The position numbers and the translations under genes are program-made. Below are positions 36,070 to 48,700 of a stretch of DNA of 64,000 nucleotides, piece by piece (the first letter of the stretch is position 1; each line of letters opens with the position of its first letter). The DNA is taken from contig NMRA01000157.1 of the NCBI GenBank assembly GCA_002633005.1, positions 677,192-741,191 on the forward strand. Reading direction: 5' to 3'. The notes beneath the pieces are model-generated. The model was not told the DNA's origin, did not search any database, and worked only from the letters and a program-made list of their open reading frames with translations. This DNA comes from Phoronis australis (Eukaryota; Animalia; Phoronida).

Positions 36070-38829
36070 ACATTCTTTTTGTCTCAGATTTCTGTCTTTT
36101 CTTCTTAAGTAACCTGCTGCTGCATCAATGACCAAATTACACCTATAATGTTGAGGGAAACCCCAGTTTACCTAGTACATGCTTATTGCAGTGAATTTTC
36201 AATTGAAAGTTGCTGGTGCAATTGTTATGTAGTTGTGCCCTTGACCAAAACACATAGCCTGCCTTGCTTCTGTCTAGAAGCTCCAGCCATGTTGTGAAGG
36301 ACCCTGGGACTGACAAGGTCCCTGTCTATAGGTCTTGAAAGACTCGTGGGCTTGTGCTGTGGATACCTGAGTGGGCTTGTGCTTTGGATACCTGAGTTAG
36401 CAATCGGCCCAAATGAGGCTGAATGCTCATGAAAATGTACTCTTTACCCGGAGAAGATCCTCGGACTGCGGTTGGGCAAAACAGTTTAAAACTGTAGTTT
36501 TGCAAAACTGAAGACCAGCCTTGGCTCCCTGATTCCCTGGTGGGTAGAACTTGAGTTTGTTTTTAATCGGTGTCACAACTATAAAAAATGAAGAGTGCTA
36601 CTGAATAGTTTAAGTGTAGAGGGGTATCTGTAAAATGAAGAAGTGACTGAGTAAAAAATAGGTTTTGCAAAATTATGTGCTTCACGATCTCTCTGATTAT
36701 GTCTACAAAGACAAGTGCTGTAATGCGAAATTAATCAAAACCTCAGGTAGCGGCAATGTACATGTGCTTAATATTCCATGAAGTTCTGTTGAACGCCACA
36801 AGGTCTGTCACTTAAATCTTTGTGTTTCGTTATAATAAAGTCTAGTTTAACTAACCGTCTATTTTTTACTGATCATTATAACAAAAAGAAAAGTAAGACG
36901 TCTCTTTTGCACATGTATGGATTATTGCTATGATAAGACAATTTGGTTGTAGTGGCACTGATTTAATTGATTATTTTGAAAACGGATATTTCGAGAAACA
37001 TGTACTTTGGATAACTAGAATTTGCAACCATCTTCATAACATCCAATGTCTTTGGTTAGCGGATCGACGTGAATTTACATTTTTCATGAAGATATAACGG
37101 TGATCACCAAGGGTGATAAGGTAATCGCAACTCTTCCGAATTCCGAAATCAACTAAGTCCAAGATCGGTTGCACCTCTCATCCGAATGACGACTGTTGCA
37201 TTCAGTCCCGACGTACGCTTTTGATTTTTGAGACAAGTTAACATCTGTAATAGGTCGGAGCTTTCATTTGATTTTGTTTCAAGAACAAATGCGAAAGCAT
37301 TGCTGGGAGAAATATGGTGCAGGATCGCTGTAACGGCTGGTGCATAATACATTTGATTTCTTATATCAAGGCATGCACGTGTACGAATCTTGCACTGACT
37401 AGGCCTCAAATATATCTACTTATCTGGCTTGTAAATTTTGAAAAAAAATTCATTAGTTTGTGAGTAGCTTCTTTACTGAAGAGACGTTGTTTATCCTACA
37501 TCTAAATATGTGCATGCCAGTGACGCCCTACATAAAGCCCCATGCGGGTCTTTTGTTGTCATCGATTGCCATTTATGTCTGTGCAAGTACGGTATGCGTT
37601 TCAGTGAAATTTCATAGACCGACATCAGTTTTTGTTGGATTTTCGAGTGAAACAATATAGTATCAAAATTACACTCCACCGCAATGTTGATTTAAAGTTT
37701 GAATTTGACCTCTGGCATCGATCCCGTTAAACTTATTGGTGGTCCTTCAAAAGTCTAGTGACGACACCTGTATGTATTTAATATTTCTTTATTCTTCCGA
37801 ATTTTGCCCGTAGATCTACTTTCGGAGTCACGAATAAAAATGTCTACAGTTTGCAGGGATTCTCAAACTGAATTTAGCGTTAGTGAGCCTGTGTGAATCA
37901 AATACACACGGAGCGTTACGAGAATCGGGACATGGTTCGGCTGATTTCAGCTCGGCTTATTAAATCTAACAAAAGGTGTCATCCGTGTGATAAACTACAT
38001 GCGAGTTGGATAATACAGAAATAAAGTTTGGTTGATATGTTTGTTACTTCTAGCCCAGTGACAGAAACTCAAACGAGATAGGATCACAGTATGCTCTGCG
38101 GTTTTTCTTTTTTTTGAATTATTCGAGTAATAAACATGTCCGTTATTTAGTGTGGATATTCCCTTCAGGTGCATGCACATTAACTTTGAATCAGACCAAT
38201 TAAGGTTCATTTATTTCGGCTTCTGTTGGAGCAGGTTCTCACTCACCATAAAATGACGTTGTAACGTTCTGTTGGTCATTCTTCTTTATCCAAACAAAAG
38301 TGCAGAATGCCGATATCCGAGCACATTGCTATGTGGCCAACTCTACGATAACTTTTTATATAACCTAAATGCATGTGAACTTTAGCGTATCTCCCTAGTA
38401 TGATGACGCACGGTTTTGTTTTATTAGTTAAAACAGCTCTAGGAAACGGGCGTATTTGGTCACCTTCCCTACCAATTATCTAAAACAAATATAACCATGA
38501 CTGAAACGAATGCACACACGACTGGTGCCCGATAGAACTTGATTTGTTGCCACGGCTGATCTATGCTCAAAAATGAATGTGCCTGATAGGGTGTTTTATT
38601 GAACACACGTGAAGTTTTGAAAAAAGCGACAATTTATTGCTACTGAATTTTTAACTCACGTTTTTAAAACTAATATTCAAATTTTTAATACTTTCCACAC
38701 ACCTGAAGGTCAGCGCCAAACATTTGCAAATCCTTTAATTAAGACCAAGATTTATATTTCACGAAGCATCAATGATGTATTGACCATGTTTATGTCATTA
38801 GCTTTGCGTCATTGACTTTCAAAGACCAT

Positions 38830-39559
38830 TGTCAGAATATAGCCTGACAGTATTTTTAGTTGTATTGTTTTGTTTTGTTAATCTGTTTGATTGGCATGAC
38901 CCCTGAGTTAAGTACAATGATGATATAATTTGTTTTACTACAGAATAGTGTGGAACTTTCTAGTAGACCGAGTTCAATAGTGATGATGTAATTTGTTTAC
39001 TGCAGTATACTGCGGAACTTTCTAGAAAACTCTAGCATGACAGTGATTGATGCAGTCTGGAATATTCTAGAGACTAGTATGTGTTTGTAGAATGATTGGG
39101 TAGATTCAGAAAAGTTCTAGAATGTGCTTGAATTGATGAAAAGTTCCAGAATAATGCATTAGGCTATAAATACACAAGCACGGGTTTGTGTTAATCAGAT
39201 CACGTCAGTTCAAGAGAACATCAAGTCAGTTCATCAGAAGTTCAAGAAAGTTAACCAGGAGAACTACAGTTGAGTTGCAATGAAGAGAATCAGCAGTTAC
39301 AGCGATAGTCAATAGAGAGCCAGCTAAAGAGACAGCAGGTTATTGAATAGACGAGTGTAACCGTTGCTGAACGTGTCTCAGAAGTTCATCACTATGAAGT
39401 CAAGGCTTCGCAGCACTGGCTGGAGCATAGAACAGACATTACGTCGGACGTTTTGTTTGAGTAGGCTTGTGAACGTACGGTCGGGATTAATAAAAGATTA
39501 ACTCGAACCAGTCTTCAGTCAATCGTCGCACCGAAAGCTATTAGCACCGGTCTGTAACA
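38830..39559 (+). mobile_element. Probable solo LTR
   Basis: TGT start and TGTAACA end, repeated TTCTAGA-type motifs, TATAAA 39165-39170 and AATAAA 39489-39494. The TSD is imperfect (ACCAT/ACCTG), so the left boundary is uncertain. Confidence 0.65.
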
Positions 39560-42424
39560 ACCTGCGCCCACCCACACACGGGGAAAAACGTGACCACCAT
39601 TCGACTGAGGGGATGGACGCCTTTTTTTTCTAAAATTGCTTGACAAAAGGTTGCTGGTTAAGTCTCTCCTTAACAGCTCGGCGTATACTTAAACACTGCT
39701 ACCGATTGGTTTCCAACAACTAGTGGGATACGCCAAGGAGATATTTTGTCAGAACCTTTTGATTCGCCATTTATATTAAATATGGAAGCAAAATAAATAA
39801 AAAGTATAAGTAGCTATTTTACTTTATGCGGACGATCTTACCGGAAAACGATGTCAACCTGTAAATTATGTTCTGCAGTGGTGTCATGGGTGGTAGTTGC
39901 TTGACAAATGGAAGTAGAACTAATATTGCACATTTTTCAAATATTTCGGTTCCAGAATCTCATGTTTTGTTTAAGCTTGGAAACAGAGTTCTGAATTATG
40001 AGACAAAGTATAGAAATATCCTGGAGTGTACTTCAACTATTTTTTAAATTTCAATATCAGTTTTAACACGGACTGCGACGAGACTCAGCTGGAGTGGGAT
40101 TTGGTACGGTTTTATCGAAGTTTAAACCTAGCTAAGGATGTTGAATTATAATACTTCCAATATACAATGTATCATTGAGACGGATTTATCCTTGTTAATA
40201 CGGAGTATGTAGCTCGCGTTTGGGGATTTAATGATGATATGAACTACGAAGTTTTAAAACCTTGTCATGAGATATATCAATGCATTCACCGGTTCACATC
40301 TACTCATGATATGCAAGAGGACTTAGGATGGCTTCATACAAGCTTTGCAGTAGTTACTCATGTTCGAATTTAGGCTTTACTTATAGGCTTGGACTCACGG
40401 CAGCTCCGGACTTGAAAAAACAGCTTTTGTTCAGTCCGCACTGTGATGAAAATTTGACAATAGAACTGTGGTATATTTTTTTAGTTACGCAAGAGAATTT
40501 ATGACTTAATTCTTTTCAGTATTAAAGGAAGGTTGTAAAGGGTTGTCTTGAAATCAAAATCGAGAACTGGTAATGTTATTTAAAGATTGGGAAGTGAAGG
40601 TTTAATTGTATACCAAGAGTCCTGTCTTATTTCTAAGTTAAGATTTGCAACTCCATTGAAAAGCGCCATGATTTCTTGCCAAACTTAGCTTGACAGATAA
40701 TGCATCACTGGTGGTCACCATTCCCGGAGCTGAGATGATGAGCCGCGCTGTCCGCTCAGTGGGGTAGGGTACGGAGGGACCGTAGTTACTTCAGAGCATG
40801 AGACACTTTTTGGTACTTCTCTTAAAGCCTATTTTCAACGGTAACGCATGTAAATTTGGCTCCTACAGTATGTTAAGAGCATCGCTCTGAGCCTACTAGT
40901 GACATAAATTGCCAAATGTAACAGACTGTTAGGCGTATTGGCTTGCTCTTGTCTACGTCACTGCGAGAATCACCTTTGAATTCGAACAGCTGTGAAAAAC
41001 TCCCGCACGCAATGGTGTACTATTCAGACCCCTTTTGTAGCTTGTTCTGGGATCTCGCGGTGACGCAACACGGCTCGAAAAGGCAACTTCACTTATCATT
41101 TGACGGGCTTACACTTGCGTGATTGAACTCACGTTTTCTTATTTTACTGAGGCTTTTCTAGGACTATGTGGTTAGCCAAATACATCTAAAGTAGCAAAAT
41201 TTCGTTGAAGTTAGGCTTTAATGTCAAGACGATCTGAGCCAGAGAGCGGGTGAGTCGGCATTTGAGCTACGTAGTTCCAATGGGCTGGGTCGGTTACAGC
41301 TGTTTCAACTCGTTAACAATTCTTTGGAACTGCACTACAATTAAACAAAAAATCATTCAAACAATTAAATTTATTCATGTTTAAACAAAAATGACGACAG
41401 GCAACTCAGTGGTTATAAACGTATGACTAAACCCGTCACACTTCAACGATCACCATTGTTATTCACCAGCTCCGCTAAGGATACCTTTTGCACCTCATTA
41501 TTTGCTTTTTTTGGTTTCTCGGGGATGTTGTTCACACAAAAAATTTTAGCTGACAACGTAAACGTGACTGCATGGACGCATCCCACTGGCAGATTCATCG
41601 CGAATAGGATAGTGTTCCGTATGAGCTAGAACCGACTGCGCTGTGCAAAACTTAGGCTACGTTACGTGGTCAGATTGGAAAGCAGTTTTTGACTGCACCT
41701 CTATAAATTCCATCTAAATCTTCTATACACCATTCCTGGACCATCAGTCACCAAAAATTGAAAGGCCACTTTACAAAGACATACATTTATCCCGGCGCCG
41801 CGTTCGCATGGGTAATATACGCGCCAATGAAATTTAGGCCCTTGTTATCACTCCATGGTACCTGATCAAACGCCGAGGTCCTAGTGATAAGTTCGAGCGA
41901 GCACATAATTTTTGGACTAATTGTGTGCACCCAGTTTTAAAAAAATCGCGTGTGTGGGGGGGTAACATACTGAGCCCACAACAAAGCCGTCCGGCCCACA
42001 GGGTGTGGTCAATAGCTCCCCCTGGTGGATGTATCTCCCGAGATGGAGTGCAATTGTTTCATGATTTTAGACACATTACATAAGCATATGGGCAACGTTT
42101 CCAAGAGTGACACAATAGCACGAAGAGATCCTCGACAAAGGTCGCGGCACTGCGCAAACATAAACAAGAGCAGATGTCCCATTTGACCCCAGATTCGCGG
42201 GGTTTGGCACGAGACGGTAACTGCAATTTGATTGGTTAATCTTGTGAAACAGCATATCCTTCTTGAGCCACAAATTTCATTTGGCAGATGAAGTATTTTT
42301 GTCATTATTTGATATAAATGCAACCTAAATAATTGTTTTAAAGTAATATGTGAAATTGGTCTTCATAATTTTCAGAAAACACATGATATTGTTTGATTTC
42401 TAGTTTGATGCTGAGTCTGGGGCT

Positions 42425-42475
42425 TAGTCACGTGTCCTCAAGTCGCGGGAAATACAAGTTCGCGCCAAATCCGCG
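42425..42475 (+). promoter_or_regulatory. E2F gene proximal promoter with E-box and E2F sites
   Basis: CACGTG 42429-42434, GCGGGAAA 42445-42452 and GCGCCAAA 42462-42469, about 320 bp upstream of the ATG. Confidence 0.7.
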
Positions 42476-42782
42476 TCAATGAACTCTGCTTTGTTTGGGC
42501 AGTTATCGGTCGGTCACAGACGATCGGAGACAGACCTAGTCGGTTGTTAAATCGTTGTTCATCTTAGTAATCCAGCAAACGATTGTCTTCAAAAAGCCAG
42601 AAATTGAAAGAAAGAAGACTTGTGTGTTTTTGCATTTTATTATTTCTAAAGCAGATGGTTGGTTTTGCTATATTTTGGGATTTATTTTAACGAGACTTCG
42701 TCACGACTCCAACAAGGACATTTAAAAATAACCCCAGGGAAGTTTGAGTTGGCAGCGTATTATTCGTGCTTTCGAGTCGAGA

Positions 42783-45700
42783 ATGGCGACAATATACAGA
42801 ACTGGCGACAAGGTAACTCTTTCGTCTCCTCGAACAATCATCCCTGCAACGATCGAGCAACTTTCAAGCCTCCAATCGGACCAGTACATAATTGTTGACG
42901 ACCAAATTCTGTCGCTCAAAGCCGAGTCGGGATACACACCGCACGGACCCGAATACAGTGCGAAACCTCTTGTTGGAAGACCTCAGGTAACAATTGCAGC
43001 CATTATTGCTAGTTCTTGCAGACACCTGTTGCACTTGCTAAATCGGCAGTATGCCTAGAGCTTAATTTCGATCGATTTGTTAAATGAGGAAGTCTGTCTA
43101 CCGGAATTTGTTACGGCTTGATGTGTCAAGCAGCAGACCGTTGTTTGATCAATTAATTGGGGCTGCAAGTTATAGACTGTCTATACAGACAAACATTTTG
43201 CATTTTTTTTTAAACGCGGTAACTATTGCCGATTAAACCAAGGGTAAGTCCTGTTGCACAATATATGAGTTCGTTGGGATTTTCCTATATGCCCCCATTT
43301 GGGAGGAGTTTCTTTGTCAGCAAGCCCCACCCACCACGATTTTATTTTTAATAGGGTATTGATGTATGTCAGCTTGTAGCGTCAGTATTTACTGTTTACA
43401 ACAGCTGTTCACGATTGGTCAGTTTTGTTGAATTATCCAGGTAGTTGTTACCTGGTTACTGTAAGTTGTTTACTTCTTCAGCGGACTGTATTTGTAGAAA
43501 AAGAATTTTGATGAACTCAGTATTGATAAAATGATTATGCTGCATCCTAACTAATGCAGGCAATACTAGTCACATTTTCCTTGCACTTTGTAGCGTAGTA
43601 TAACTTGAAGCTTAGTGGTAAGAAAATTTGTAAATATGATTAATACAATTGTCGGTGCTTATCATCAAAAAAGGCACTATTGTCAAAACTAGAAACTAAG
43701 GCAGTGAGGACCCACTGATGGAGTTTTCCACCTGGGTTTCAGTTTGATTCAACTGTCGAAAATATTGTAACTTCAAATGCTTGTTATTCGAAACCGAAAA
43801 ACAAAATTGCATCCAAAAACTTGATGAAAATTAGAAAACGGCACCTCTGGCAATGATTTTCTGGATTTTTTTTCAACATGAAAGTCCAAATTTCAAGCTA
43901 GAAATTTTTAGAGGTTTAATACAATCAGGGTATGTTTCTGAAAGAGTACTGGGTTTTGTCTTGACTTTAGCCAAAAGTCAGAAATCGAGTAGGAATAGCC
44001 AAGAGTTGATTTAGGTTCTTTTGCATTTCTAAAAATGTAAATGTCTTTCTGTTTATTCAAACACACTATGAATATTGACTTCCAAGTTGTAGGTAGATTT
44101 TCTGACTTCCAGCCTTAGCCTGATTATCATGAAGCAGACTAAGCAATCCGTAGACTGATTTTTTGCTGAAAGTCACAATTCAATAGACTGCTCAACAAAC
44201 AGATCCCAACTTCCGAAGTAATTTTGTTTCTGCCAAAGCCTGGATTGTATGAAGTTTTCCATTTTGTATGAATTTTAACCTGTTGTTTGTACTGCCTAAT
44301 TCATGCATTGTTGTTATTGCTAGGTCAGCATTGAGTAGAACATTTGTGGGCCATATACATCATCAGTAAATCTTGATTTGATCTTGCATATCAACGTTTG
44401 GAGTTTATGTTTAGCTTCAAAGCAGTATACCTTGATATCATCAAGAAAATAAAAAGCACCGATATCAGCCTTAAAGTCAATGTTGCCATAGTCATGTTGG
44501 GTTATTTGTGTAACCAACACGCAGTCTTGTAATGTAACCGCTTTCCGTTCATAGTCCGCCAATTTGCATTTGGGTGGATTTTAGAAGTGACAATCACTGT
44601 TACTTTTACGCTAACGAAATTGTAATTCATAGCTTTGTTGACAATGATGAAAATGAAGTTTTTTTATTTTTCTGCTGAGTTGAATATGGTTTCTTATTTT
44701 TCAGGTCAAGAGAAAACTTGAGCTTGAACCCATTGTAAGCGAAGGTTTCAAGACCCCAGCAAAAAGTGGCAAGAAAAAAAGGACCTTGTCAGGCAGTAGT
44801 CCTGGAAAAGGTTAGAAAAACATTGCTGTGAATGAAGTTCTGGGGCCTGTTTGTTGAAAAGAATTGACTTCAAATTTCACTTTAGCGAAAAGTCAGAAGC
44901 CTGACTATGATTGGACAAAAGTTGATTTTTTATCTTTGCGTTTCTCAAAACATTTATCTGTTGTCTATTCGAGCAGACTATGGATTTCTGTCTCTTGGTT
45001 ACTGTAATAGTGTTGTGGTTACCAGTTGTAGACAGATTTTCTGACTTTGAACCGTAGTCACATTTTTGTGAAAGGGTCAAAGCTATCCATAGACAGATTA
45101 TCAGCCAAATGTCAAAAGACAAAAGCCTATTTGAGAAAGAGGCTCCTGTTATGTTTTACATAGTGTTGCAAATAAATTGTTACTACTAGCAGTAGTCCCA
45201 AATTGCAGCAGTCACATGTTTTAACTTAAAAGTTAATGATATATTCCCACAATGCTGTACATCCTGTGGTGCTTGTAGTGGTCTTGTGCTGGTCACTACC
45301 CTGTACTTATTGTCACATTTGTTGTGCCTTAATGGCTACAGGGTTGGAAAGTTTCAGTAAAAAATTGGCCAAACTGGAAAATATTCATGGACATGCAATG
45401 TGCAGTGTGCCATCTTTCACAACGCCACCTTAGAAGATTGGCCTGGTGACAGGATGATTGCTAACACAGAAATCTTGTGAAATGAAGCGATTTAGTCTGC
45501 TGTTGTTGCTGGAATCGCAAACTACAGAGACAGTTCTCAATATTTGGAGTTGTATGCTTATGGATTTCTCAACATGCAAATAATTCCAAATTCCAAAATT
45601 TTATTTCAAGTAGGCGAATGGACTTAGCTCTATCATCGCCAGTGGCACTCTGAATTCGCCAATGGCGAGCGGCTGGCATGAGCTTACGATGTCTTAAACA

Positions 45701-48700
45701 TGCTATTATTAAGTGTGCCAGAAGCTATTTATGTTGCCAAAGGTGACCACACATTCTTAATATTATGATGAGGAAGTACTTTCATGGGTATGTAGGAATC
45801 ATGTTTTTGTTATTTTTTCGTTCTGTATAGACCATTTTATGACTCAACCAAGCATATACTATTCTCCTTTTCAGCACGTTCACCCTTAGATAAGACTCGG
45901 TATGACACCTCACTGGGGCTATTAACAAAAAAGTTTGTGGCTCTCTTAAGAGCTGCGCCTGATGGGGTAAGATTACAATGAATTGAAGTGTAAAGTAATT
46001 GATGCTGTTGATTGCTGTTATCTCGTTTTCTATTTCATGTATGCTGCAGGCAGCAGCAACTCTGTCAAGTGTTTTTTTGTAATTTCTAACATTAATGGTT
46101 GTTACTCTGTGTAGTTTTTTGATTCGATTATGAAATGTGATTCCACTCGCTCGTCATAATTTGCCGCAAACAGAAGAAATTTTACTGTATGCTCTTGTGC
46201 ATGTTTGGAACTGCTGAAGAAGGATCTAATTAATTGATATGGCGAAGCAGTTGAGAACACAGTCCAGTGCAGAGTTTGACAGACAGAATGTTGAGAACAC
46301 TGTTCAGTGCAGAGTTTGACAGACAGAATGTTGAGAACACAGTCCAGTGCAGAGTTTGACAGACAGAATGTTGCGATGTGAAAAAAAGTTGCTCAACCTG
46401 TCTGTCGTATTTTTGCATGTTCTGTACCAATAGCACCGCAGTATGATCAAGTCCATTATTATTATTTTTGGTTCGGCAATTTTTCTGTTAGTTTGCATAA
46501 ATATTATTGCCAAAATCGTCATTTTCCCAAAGTGTAAGATTGATTACCTTGTTGTAGGTAATGTAAACTTACCCAAATGTTGTTGACGACATCTCTAGTA
46601 CAAACCAAGCTAATAACTGACTAAATTTTCTTAATCTTCACCTTTTTTCAAAAATTTGTCAAAATGATATTTTACTTATGGTGAAGAATTACTACCCTAT
46701 TTTGTTATTTTTGATATTACTAAACAACTTGGTCCTCGCATACACATGGTACACATTACCTATGCAATATAAAGAATACCATAAAGCTGGAGATATTACT
46801 CAATGCCCCACAGGTGTGGTCTAGTGGGACTTGAACCCGTGTCCTTTAGACCGTCCAAATTGGCCCAAATCCCTTTTTACTTGTCCTGTACATTTGTTGA
46901 AGAACAATTTGTAAAGGTGTAATTGTTTATTTTACAAGGTCCTTGATCTCAACAAAGCTGCAGAATACTTAGAGGTACAGAAAAGGCGGATATATGATAT
47001 CACCAATGTATTGGAAGGAATCAGTCTGATTGTTAAAAAGTCAAAGAATAATATACAGTGGAAGTAAGTTGCTCTTACTGAAACTGTTTGTGGAGTCAAT
47101 GAAGTGATTTATTTATGTTAGTAAGTCATTTTCATATCAGGTAATCTGGTTATGACTCCTGAAATGCATGACTGATATTGCTTTCTGATAACAGTTGGCA
47201 ACAGTGAAAGTCCAGTCTACACATGCACACATTAACTGTAGTTACACAATCACTACAGACTTCAGCACACACAACGTGGATAATGTCCCTGAAAGAAAAG
47301 TTTTTGTTACTTTTATTTGTTCATAAAACTGACATAACTTTTCTCAAAACCGTAAGTTGCGTCAAGTTTAATCTTGCCTTGACCTTAGAGCATTTTATTT
47401 TACTACTATCATTTAATTATTTGTAAAGTTCATAAAGCTGCGTTTTGCCATTTTGGCTGACTAAAAACAATTTGAACTATGCCTTTTAATCTCATAAAAT
47501 GGCTGTCATAATGGTCGTCAACGTGACACGATTCCATTTCTGTTACCAAGAAAAGTGTCAATACCATCAGCGACTCGAGAAAATGCTTCAGAATTAATTG
47601 AGATTGGCCAACTCTAACATTGCGGAATCGAAAATGGCACATGTAAGCATTGCCTAGCACTTGAGCAGCTAGCTTATTGGACAGGTTTTTAAATCCCAAA
47701 AGCATTTTGGTTCAGCATTCAATGTTGACAGTTTAACAGTTTTAATAATTTTACACAAAATAACACTCTAGTGTTGTCAAAGGTGATTTGTGGTAAAAGC
47801 TCCTCTACTTGTCTCCTTATTTCTAGGGGTGCTGCCACATCTGTCTGTACATCATCAACAACTGATAGATTGACACACCTCAGCGCTCAACAGGTGGACT
47901 TGCATTCAGGTAATAGCAAACATCTGACATGAGTGGTGCGAGAGCATGAAAACAACTTTGGCTGGGCCACATTTCAAATATTGATGTGCAAGGTTGTCTG
48001 AATTGACAAAGATTAATCCAATTTCTAGCAGTCACGCACATTTTGTGACGTTCAGCTTACATTTGTATTCACCATTGTCATTTGTATATCTCACTGCTCA
48101 AGGGAGCTAAGAAGACGACTTAACATGATTGCAAAGTTTTTATAGAATAGCTGTGAAACACGACAGCTCTAGCTTTGAAATATTCTTCTAAAGTTAGTAT
48201 GTAGTTAGATCTCTTCAAAGGCTATTTGGAGTGTCATTTGTTTCTCGCTGCGACTTACCATTCTCGAGATATTCAAGATCTGGTGACTGCCATTTTTTGT
48301 CCGAATCCTCGCAGCGCTGTTCTTGTTTTACCTTCTACAGGACTTTTTTCTTAATCATTTTCGTCATTAATCATCTTTTCACCACAATCATCATTGTGTT
48401 TCATTCAATTTGGTAACGTTTTAGTCCACCAGGCTGTGTCTGTTATGTACATTTTTGTCGTCATTGCTTTTATTACCTAGGATTTGCTTACTTCGAATTG
48501 ATCGATTTTAATGTGGTATCTCATTTTCAGATCTTGCCGATCTAGAAGCCAAAGAAAACAATTTAGATGAGCTCATAAGAAGCTGTTCACTGCAACTTAA
48601 AATGATGACAGAAGACAGAGAAAGTGCTAAATATCCTTTTGTGTAGTATGACCCACGTCTGGTAAATTGCATTGTTTTCCTATGAAATAAGTCAGACTAC

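Noticed and set aside
36345-36397. 25-bp direct repeat GTGGGCTTGTGCT(G/T)TGGATACCTGA
   Set aside because: Simple two-copy duplication within SINE-like sequence; nothing further to support.
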